64,000 nucleotides of DNA from Eledone cirrhosa (lineage: Eukaryota): assembly GCA_964016885.1 (NCBI GenBank), contig CAXHJY010001472.1:310001-374000 (forward strand), given 5' to 3'. The notes under the pieces are model-generated. The model saw only the letters and a program-made list of their open reading frames with translations, did no database searches and was not told the DNA's origin. Made by a program: the position numbers and the translations under genes. Each line of letters opens with the position of its first letter. The first letter of the stretch is position 1. This document shows, one piece after another, positions 53,699 through 64,000 of the stretch.

Positions 53699-55608
53699 CC
53701 ACACTTGCTCCTTGTGGCTTCTGATGCAGACATCATGTCCGCCATCAGGTCCTTCCCAGCTAGCAGCTGCGGAGATGTTGATGGTCTCTGACCAGGCCTC
53801 CTCAAGGAGTTGATATCTCCCCTCTCCGCTGAGGCCGGGCGCCGCCTTCTGAGTGCAATTGTGGCGCTCACCAATAGGCTCATCCATGGCGCCCTGGACT
53901 CTTATGCTCGAGGCCTCTTTTTTTCGGCCAGCCTCACCGCTCGCAGGAAGAAAGAGGATGGCATACGCCCCATTGCTGTGGGCAATGTCTTCCGGAGGCT
54001 GGCTGCCAAGGTAATCTGCAAGTCCGTAACACTCGGAACCGGCATCCAGGGCCTCCAGCCACCTCATTGTCAAGTTTGACATGAGGAATGCCTTCAACTC
54101 TTTACGCTGGGATCATCTGCTCGAGGCCTGCCTCAGCCGAACCCCCTCTGCCTACCTGTCATATGGAGCCCCAAGCATGCGCCATGCTGCTGATACGGTC
54201 ATACCCTTGGCTACTGGGATCCAACAGGGCAACCCTTTGGGACCCCTCCTGTTCACCCTTGGTATTGACCACATCGCCTGGAGTATAACGGCCCCTCTCA
54301 ACGTTTGGTATCTGGATGATGCTACTTTGGGTGGGTCCGTACAGGCGGTCTGCCATGACCTTCAATCGGTGGTTCCTGCCCTGGCGGGAATCGACCTCCA
54401 GGTCAACTCAGCCAAGTCGGAGGTGGTGAATGTCAGCCTCGATGCTGCAAGCTTTGCAGTCTCCGTCTTGGACGTGCGGTCCATTCTCCGCCAGGTTCAG
54501 GTGACCCCCCAAAGAGGATGCCCTCACCGATCCACCCGCCGGCCATCCGCTCCTCCATCAAGTCCAGACTCTCACGAGCCGACTGGGCTTGATTGATGGC
54601 CACCCAGTTCTCTTTCTGCTGAGGAACTGCTACGCCATGCCGAAGCTCCTCTATACACTCTGTGCTACACCTAAACTTGTATCCGAGCAGCAGCCGATGA
54701 GATATGCAACTTTACCTGTCAGGTATGGCGGCCTTCGCCTCCAGTCCCCGATCTCACTAGCTTTGCCGGCGTATCTTTCGTCGGTAACCTCGTACCACGT
54801 CCTCCTCAGCAGGGTTCTTCAAAACACAACAGAACCCTCTGTGTTCAGAGAACGCGTGGCCGCCTGTGAGACGTGGCACCGGCTGGGACTTAGCCCAGTA
54901 GACGTTCCTCCTCCTTCTACCCCTGTTGACGTCAAGTCCCCCCCAACACACTTGGGATGCCATCCAGTGCAGCCTGGCCTCAGACAGGCTCACGCGCCAG
55001 CTCGACCAGCACCGCCTTGTTTGTTTTCGTGCAGCCTCCAAACCCCACAGTGGGGCCTGGCTCCATGCCCTGCCCTCCTTCTCCACTCGCACGCAGCTAG
55101 ACAACAATAGCTTGCGCATCGGCGTTTCCCTGAGACTCGGCCTCACACCAATGTCGCTGCCGTTCCACCATGGACTCTTTCGGCCTCCACCCGCTTTCCA
55201 GGGGACGGCAAAAGGCCATATGGCATGACCATCTTCCCGTTCCGCGGTGGCAAACCCCTCGTCTGGGATGCCACTTGCACCGACACTTTCTGCAGCCGCA
55301 ACCTGGTGCAGTCTGCGACTGGCCCAGGTTCTGCTGCACGTCAGGCTGAGGGGGCCAAACTCCTCACATATCGTTCACTCTCCGACAGGTTTGCGGTCGT
55401 ACCCCTGGAAGTGGAGACTTCTGGTGTCCTCGGCCCCAGGGCTACCTCCTTACTCACCACCATAGGCGCTGAGCTGGCCAGCCGCAGGTGTGAGCCCCGC
55501 GAGTTGGAGTGGCTTTTCCAGCGCGTCTCCCTTGCCGTGCTCCGGGGAAACGCCTTCTCCATTCTGTCCGCCGGGGCTGTGGGTGGGTCCCATCGCGTAC
55601 CGTTATGA
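53699..55608 (+). mobile_element. CRE-clade non-LTR retrotransposon; copy 6 (~100-bp deletion across knuckle end and RH motif)
   Basis: Same motifs. At ~55197 ccgctttcc joins directly to aggggacggc. Confidence 0.88.
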
Positions 55609-57347
55609 ATGTATACAAAACAACTAAATCTCTTAAATAACTTCACTTATATCCAAAACATGATTTGTATATACATCAACAGTGACTCATTATTATACGC
55701 CAGTCACGACCCCACTGCAAAAACGATATCTATATAACAACCCCACCGTAAAACTACTCTTCCCCACTTTACAAACACTTTATATTATTTGTCATTAAGG
55801 TTTCTTAAAATAAATATATATACGTATGTGTAGTAATTAGTACGGAGACTGAGAGAGAAGGGGCGAGTGTGTCTTCATGGAGGGCACATGGGACCAGCAA
55901 AGCCCTAAAAGTAGAGACCAGTAAATGAGATAAGGTCCTAGCTATGTTAAGAATATAAATAAGAAACATGTTCTATACATTTAAGAAGACAAGAGAAACA
56001 TGTTCTAAACATTTAAGAAATAATTATTTACCTCTTTCATGTCGGTAATATAGCGGTGTTATAAAACTAATTATAACGACCGGTGTTAAAATAGAGAGAG
56101 ATAGACAGATAAATGTGTGTCACACTCTCACCCTCTCTTTAAATCTTTTACACTATCTTTACATCTTTTACTCTATCTCCCTCTTATTTCTATCTGTGTA
56201 CATATATATGTGTATGTATGTATCTGTCTATGTGTAACTCGGTGTACTGGAGCAATATGAGGTGAAGTGTCTTGCTCAAGAAGACATTTTGTGGAGTTAT
56301 ATCATCGTTTCTTGTTATAAAGCTACTTATACTACCGGCGTAACAGTGGCTATAGGTGATAGATGTAGAAATAAAAGGCTGTAACAGCGATATAAATATA
56401 GATGAAATAGTTTACCACGAGACTAAGAATGAATGTTTAATGGAATTAAGTGTAATCTAATAGGAAATAAGAGGCTAGAGCAGCGAAATGTTTACGTAAA
56501 ATAAAAGAACAACAAACAAGAGTGCAACATTGAAATTTTTGTTTTATTTTCTCGATATAAGCGTTATTTTATGCGCGATTTGCCTTGCTGCCGGCGCTGC
56601 TCAGTCAGTAGCAGCCCCGCTTACGAAGTTCAGGAGCCAACGACTTTACATGGTTCGAATCTCACCCTCTCCGCTCTTGTCGAGTTATCTCCTACTCTTT
56701 TTACTTAGTTCCAGGTCATTTAAATAGAGCAAAGAGGTCGCGGCGATCGGCATATGCACTGGCTACAATGTTGAACTTTGGTACTGACTGCATAGTTGAA
56801 CGTTCCACATACCAACCGCCCAACTGGCCAGTCAACCGCAAATACGGCTGGCTGGCCGGTTGGGTAGTTGGCATATGTACTGACTGTCAAGTTGAACGTT
56901 CTAACCCTCTCTTTACATCTATTGCTCTATCTACCGCTTATTTCTCTCCCTCTCTTTACTTCTATAACTCTATCTCCCACTCTCTTTACATCTATTACAC
57001 AGTGTCTCCCTGTATATATACACGTATATATGCAATAGATTTTATAAGAAATCTACGTAATAATATAATTAACAATAGTTGATGAATTAGACCAGAGTTA
57101 ATTAAACAATAAATATGAATGAAATAGCAGTAGATGGCGAAACTTGAGTGTTGTGTGTGCATACATATATATGAGGTAAACTGGTTCAAATACTGTCAGG
57201 ATTATATTGGATCAAAGACTGTATTAAATAGAAAGTAAAAAATGAAGTGAAAATATAAAAACAAACTGAAAATTTCCCCATCCCTAGAAAAATTCATATC
57301 TTGTTATATATAGATAATTGGCGCTTTAAATTGAATAAATATTCATT

Positions 57348-57384
<37 letters not shown>

Positions 57385-58434
57385 GTACACTGATATATAT
57401 GTGTGTGTATATATATATATATATGTATGTGTATATGTGTACATATGTATGTGTATATATATACTAATATATATATATATATATATCAACTTCATCATAC
57501 GTCCGCTTTTCCATGCTTGCAAGGGTGGGGTGGGAGCTGATTCTGGATTGGTTTCTACAGCTGGGTGCCCTTCCTGACGCCAACCCAGTTTGCAGTGAGT
57601 GCTGGGTGCTTTTTTTTTTTCCGTGGCACCTCCACGTCAGCTTTACAGAGCGGGCTGGGTGCTTTTTTGCCGTGGCGCCTCCACGACCACTTTACGGTGG
57701 GGTGGTGGGGTGGTATGTGTATACCCAGCCCATTGTCATTTCCCACCCAGAAAAGTTCATAGCACCGTTCTTTACCCACGATGAATCTAGCAGACCCACC
57801 CCTCCACCTGGTCTCTTGAATACAACAGTGGTTTCACTAAAATAAAAATTAAATTAAATTAAATTAAATTAATTATATTAGATAAATAGACATTGGGGTT
57901 CTCACCAAAGATTTTCAGTTATTTCTAAGAGATGTAAAAGGAAAATTAAAAAAAGATTAATAGGACACATTAGACATGTCTCCAAGCAAGAATTGAACTT
58001 ACAGACAAGGATCTCACCATCTCTGGTACTTCCCACTAAGCCACCAAGACTGCTACAAAGGTCTATTGAAAATTAATATTTATAAACCTACTTTCAAAAT
58101 ATAACTAATTTAATTAAAAATAAAATAAAATAAATAGACATTGTCGTTCTCACAAAACTTTTTCAGTTCTTTTTTCTAAGAAATGTCAAAGGAATATATA
58201 TATATATATATTTTATTTTTAATTTTATTTTGAAAGTAGGTTTATAAATATTAAATTTCAGTACATCTTTGTATCAGTCTCGGTAGCTTAGTGGGAAGTA
58301 CCAGAGATGGTGAGATCCTGTTCTGGGTGTTCAATCCTGGTCTGAGGGTTGAATTGGGGACTCAGGTTCAATCCTGGTCCATGAGATACATGTAAGGTGT
58401 CATGTTAATCTTTTATAATTTTCTTTCTATATCT

Positions 58435-59715
58435 TAGCCTTTGTTGACCTAGAGAAGGCCTTTGATAGGGTACCCCGATCTGTCATCTGGTGGTCCCTAA
58501 GGAAGCTGGGTGTTGAGGAATGGCTTGTAAGGACAGTGCAAACTTTGTACAGAGGTACTCTCAGTAAAGTCAGGGTAGGAATGGAGTTTAGTGAGGAATT
58601 CCAGATACAAGTAGGAGTACATCAGGGTTCGGTCCTCAGCCCGCTCTTGTTCATTATAGTCCTCCAAGCCATAACAGAGGAGTTTAAGACTGGCTGTCCA
58701 TGGGAACTTCTCTATGCTGACGATCTGGCTCTTATGGCAGAATCAGTAGAGGAGCTAGAGAATAAATTCCGGCTATGGAAACAGCAGTTGGAAGCAAGAG
58801 GACTGAGAGTAAATCTAGCTAAGACAAAAGTGTTGATGAGTAGAAAAGAGGACAAAACCCTGATTCCGTCAGGGAAATGGCCATGTTCGATATGCAGAAA
58901 AGGAACTGCCATAAATTCTATAAAATGCACACAATGTAGGTCCTGGGTACACAAGAGATGTAGCGGGATAGCAGGCAAACTAACAGGTAGGGAGAAATAT
59001 GTATGCAGTAGATGTACAGGGAAATTAGACAGTAGAAGTCGCACTGATAGACACATTTTTCAAATGCGAGAGGGCGCTATAGAAGTGGTGGATAGCTTCC
59101 GGTACCTAGGAGATCAGATTAGCATGGGAGGAGGGTGTTCCGAGGCCATAGTATCTAGAATAAGGACGGGTTGGAAGAAGTTTAGGGAGCTGCTTCCTCT
59201 GTTGACGAAGAAGGGTTTCTCCCTGCGTACGAAAGGCCGGTTGTATGATGCCTGTGTGAGGAGCGCGATGCTGCATGGTAGTGAGACATGGGCAGCTACC
59301 GCAGAAGATATGCGACGGCTGGAGAGAAATGAGGCAAGCATGCTCCGTTGGATGTGCAGTGTAAATGTGCGTGAACGACCCAGCATAAATGTGTTGAGAG
59401 AGAAACTGTGTCTGAGAGGGATAGAATGTAGTGTACGGGAGAGGAGACTGAGGTGGTATGGACATGTGATGCGCATGGAGGATGACCGATGGGTGAAGAA
59501 GTGCCAGGAAATGCCAGTTGAAGGAAGACGTGGTAGAGGTAGACCACGAAAAACATGGGCGGAGGTGGTGAGAACAGACCTCAGATCATTGAAGCTCACG
59601 GTGGAGATGACGAGGGACCGTGACGAGTGGAGAGATGCTGTGCTGAATAAGACCCGTCCCACCCTTGCAAGCAGGGAAAAGCGGACGTAAAATGATGATG
59701 ATGATGATGATGATG
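58435..59715 (+). mobile_element. Young RTE-clade LINE insertion (different subfamily), 5'-truncated, open frame, (GAT)n tail, ATCT at both ends
   Basis: Frame is open from LAFVDLEKAFDRV (58434) through YADD, the PHD-type finger and GRGRPRKTW to the stop at 59690. Other units show the empty site tctatATCTctttgaaa. Confidence 0.95.
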
Positions 59716-60234
59716 ATCTCTTTGAAAAAGAGAACCCCTATTTATTTAATTATATTGAATTTAATTTTTTATTTTAGTTAAATTGTCGAAAACACTGAAG
59801 ATCGAAAGGTTGAGGAGACAATATGTCTATTTTATCTGTCTCCTCTAACTTTAGATCACCAGTGGTTTTGACAATTTAACTAAAGTAAAATAAAATAAAA
59901 TTAATTAAATTATATTAGATAAATAGACATTGGGGTTCTCACCAAAGATTTTCAGTTTTTTCTGAGGAAAATTTAAAAAAAGATTAACAGGACACATTAC
60001 AGCAATGATTGAACTCCCAGACCAGGATTGAACCTACAGACAAGGACCTCACCATCTCTGGTACTTCCCACTAAGCCGCCAAGACTGCTACAAAGGTCTG
60101 CTGATAATTAATATTTATAAACCTAATTTCAAAATAAAATTAATGTTATTAATTTTATTTAAAAATAAAATAAAATAAATAAACATTGGGGTTCTCACAA
60201 AACTTTTTCATTTTTTTTCTAAGAAATGTCAAAG

Positions 60235-60267
<33 letters not shown>

Positions 60268-60270
<3 letters not shown>

Positions 60271-62192
60271 TCATCATCATCATCATCGTTTAATGTCCAT
60301 ATTCCACGCTTGCATGGGTTTGGACGGGAATTTTCCCACTTGAGGCAAGAGTGGTTGTCTTGCTCGCATAGGACTGTCTGGCGGGTTTTCTACAGCTGGA
60401 TGCCCTTCCTAACACCAACCGCATTTACAGTGTGGGACTGAGAGGTTTTTACCGTGTTACCTACACGGCCACATTACTGCGTGGACTGTGTTTTTTTTTT
60501 TTGTCGTGACACCTACACGACCTCATTTGTTTCGGCCTGGATGTTGTGGCACCAACATAACTTTACATTGAAAGGGGCGGTGTGGATGGGGTGGGGGTGT
60601 ATTTTGTTAGAGGTGCCTACTGACTGTAGTAGGTTTTACTTTGTATCTAGGTAAGGCGGGTCTTCTCTATTACTGAGTACCGCCAAAGATCTCGGTCCAG
60701 TGACATTGTCTTGGAGAGGTGTAAGTGTGTGAGGTCGGAATTTATCAAGTCGTCCCAGGTTTTTCTGGGTCTGCCTACTCCGTGGCTACCGTCTATCTTT
60801 ATTGCCCTGCATTTTTTTTATACAGCTGTCGTCTTTCATCCGCATCACGTGGACCATACCAACGTAGTCTTCTCTCGAGTACACAACATCTGATCCCTCT
60901 TATTTCTAATTTTTCCCTTAGTTCGTTTATGCTTTGCCGTTCACATATATTACTATTACACATCCAGCGAAGCATGCAAGCTTCGTTCCTCTCTAGTCTG
61001 CGTATATCCTCTGCACACAATGCCCAGGTCTCACTGCCATGCAACATTGCTGTTCATATGCAGGCATCATACAACCTGCCTTTCATTTTTAGGGAGAACC
61101 CTTTAGCGGCTAATAGTGGTATAAGCTCTCTGAACTTTTTCCATCCAGTTCTGACTCTAGCTACTGTACTTTCAGAGCACCCTCCCCCACTGCTGATTTT
61201 GTCACCCAGGTAACGGAAGCTGTCCACTATTTCTATAGAACCCTCTGCGCAATTGAAAGAGCTAGTATTTTGTGGGCACTTGCTGCTACTTATTGCACCA
61301 GAGCACCGGCCACATGTAAAATCTATGTTCTTAGTTAGCTTACCTGTGATCCCACTACATCTTTTATGAACCCATACTTTGCATTTGGGACATAAAATGG
61401 AGTTTCTACCTACGCCTTTCCTACACACTGAGCATGGCCATTTCCCGGAAGGGACCGGCGCCTTATTTTCTTTCCTACAAACTAGAACTTTAGTCTTAGC
61501 CAGGTTAATTTTAAGGCCTTCTGATTCTAGGCCTTGCTTCCATGTTTGGAATTTCTTCTCTAGCTCGGCCATTGATTCAGCTATAAGCGTTAGATCATCT
61601 GCGTATAGGAGTTCCCATGGGCAGCCGGTCTTGAACTCCACTGTTATAGCCTGAAGGGCAATAATAAATAGTAGGGGGCTAAGGACGGAGCCCTGATGAA
61701 CACCAACTTTTACGCTAAACTCTTCACTATATTCGTTGTTAATTCTAACCTTGCTGACTGTTTCTTTATACATGGCTCGTATAGCTCTCACAAGCCATTC
61801 CTCAACACCTAGTTTTCTAAGAGCCCACCAGATAATGGAACGGGGGACTCTGTCGAAGGCTTTCTCCAAGTCAACAAAAGCTAAGTATAGGGGTTTACTT
61901 TTAACTAGGTACTTCTCCTGTAGTTGTCGTACAATGAAAAGAGCGTCTGTGGTACTTTTACCTGACACAAACCCGAACTGCATTTCATCTAGATCAATTC
62001 TCTCTCTGATTAGTTGCGCTATTACTTTTTCCGTGACCTTCATGACCTGGTCGATTAATTTAATGCCTCTATAGTTACTCCTATCTAGGGCATCTCCTTT
62101 ACCCTTGTAACAGTTAATGATGATGCTGCTACGCCAGTCCTTCAGAACAACCCCATTCTGTATGACTTGGTTTACTATCCGGGTGACCATTA
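60268..62192 (-). mobile_element. RTE-clade LINE, 5'-truncated; copy 5
   Basis: ORF 61054-62310, same motifs. Confidence 0.93.
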
Positions 62193-64000
62193 CGTGTATA
62201 CATCTGAAAATGTATATATGTATGCAAAGATATAAGTAAACATACATGTATACATATAGATGGACAGTTGTGCATATACAATAACTTATTTCTATACATA
62301 CATATACCACAAGTAAGGCATGGTGCTGCCAACTAACCAGACCTCCCTCATAATGGACCAGCTAGATCCCAAAATACAGGCCTGCTTGCCAACACACAGT
62401 CCCAATAAGTGTAAGTTACAGCGCAGCTATCTGGACAGACTTGTCTTAAGACTACACACTATCCCACTACATCTTTTGTATACTATATATATACTGTTTA
62501 TATATATATATACTATATATATATATACTGTTTATATATATATATACTATATATATATATACTGTTTATATATATATACACACATATAATTGTGTATTCA
62601 CACATTATCTTAGTAATGAAATAATTAATAATTTTAGTAAATTGTTCAAAATTCTTCATTAACCCTTTTGGTAGAAACCCAGCCAAAATTAGTTCTCGTA
62701 CTATGGAAATGGTTCCTATCTAAATTAAAGTCTTCCAACAAAATTCTATATTAACAACCATATGGTAAGTTACTATGTTAGTAATTAACTAACAATTGTG
62801 ATAAATAGCTCAAAATTATTCATAATTAATTGAATTATAAGGTTCATAATTATAATAAAATCTTCAAATAGGCTACGAAACCGGTAAACCTGAAAGGTAC
62901 ACAACACACACACATTGCTATAGCGTTTCACCAGCCCCTTCCTTCCTGAATTATTACAGAGATGTGTGTGTATGTAATAATTATTTGTATAATGTGTGTC
63001 TATTTATGAATATGTATGAGTAGATGTGTGTGTGTGTATCACAGTAGATGTGTATGTAACACAGTAGATGTGTATATGTAACAGAGTAGATGTGTGTTTG
63101 CATGTAACTCAGTATATGTGTATGTAACTCAGTAGATGTGTGTGTGTAACACGGTAGATGTGTGTGTGTAACACGGTAGATGTGTGTGTGTAACACGGTA
63201 GATGTGTGTATGTAACAGTAGATGTGTATGTATGTAACACAGTAGATGTGTATGTATGTAACACAGTAGATGTGTGTATGTAACACAGTACATGTGTGTG
63301 TATGTAACTCAGTAGATGTGTGTGTATGTAACTCAGTAGATTGTGTGTATGTAACACAGTAGATTGTGTGTATGTAACATAGAAGATGTGTGTAACACAG
63401 TAGATGTGTGTGTATGTAACACAGTAGATCTGTGTGTATGTAACTCAGTAGATGTGTGTGTATGTAACACAGGTGTGTGTATGTAACACAGTAGATGTGT
63501 GTATGTAACATAGTAGATGTGTGTATGTAACACAGAAGATGTGTGTGTATGTAACACAGTAGATGTGTGTGTATGTAACTCAGTAGATGTGTGTGTATGT
63601 AACACAGTAGATGTGTGTGTAACACAGTAGATGTGTATGTAACGCAGTAGATGTGTGTGTATGTAACCCAGTTGATGTGTGTGTATGTAACACAGTAGAT
63701 GTGTGTATGTAACATAGTATATGTGTATGTAACTAAAGTGTAACGTACGTTACAAATGGACGACAAAATGATTTTAACTTGTTTTTTAACAATTGATGGT
63801 GGAAAAGATTTTAAATTGTCTTAACTCAGACCATAAAGGGCCGCAACACATGGAGTCTGACACTCTTACCGGCTACATAGCCTGGGCGTCTATTTTACCG
63901 CGACCGGCTACATAGCATCTTCCTAAAATCTTCCAACATAATTTTATACAAGAACCACATGTTAAGTTACTAATAAAATAATTAATAAATAAAAACATTA

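Larger units (their letters stand above)
53129..64000. repeat. Tandem unit enlarged by the ~1.28 kb RTE insertion; runs off the window
   Basis: Same junction and feature order, plus the insertion at 58435-59715. Confidence 0.92.

Noticed and set aside
1-55608. CRE copies as site-specific insertions into a tandem RNA-gene array (as for spliced-leader targeting)
   Set aside because: All copies share the same truncation, flanks and most disablements, so they derive from one insertion duplicated with its surroundings. No SL, snRNA or rRNA target was recognised.

Overview
Eukaryotic, AT-rich, repeat-saturated DNA with no recognisable host protein-coding gene. The SINE, RTE LINE and microsatellite content looks like a coleoid cephalopod such as Octopus (inference). 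Most of the window is a young tandem array of a ~9.75 kb unit (starts 33532, 43281, 53129; related copies at ~4327-14042 and ~24453-33531; a shorter variant before 4327). Each unit carries a decayed CRE-clade non-LTR retrotransposon (RT, zinc knuckle, restriction-like endonuclease), a 5'-truncated RTE LINE with a PHD-type finger inside the RT, an internally deleted RTE derivative, a foldback element and minisatellites. A single-copy interruption at ~14043-23430 holds a MITE, foldback elements, a 4.2 kb 11-bp satellite and a GA-rich minisatellite. It also holds the most notable feature: an 857-bp non-coding element (16536-17392) with 262-bp direct repeats 595 bp apart. Each repeat contains a minus-strand type I hammerhead ribozyme with a U3-A8 core variant and a palindromic minimal stem III, suggesting a retrozyme or Penelope-dependent element. 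The last unit has a new RTE insertion with an open frame (58435-59715).
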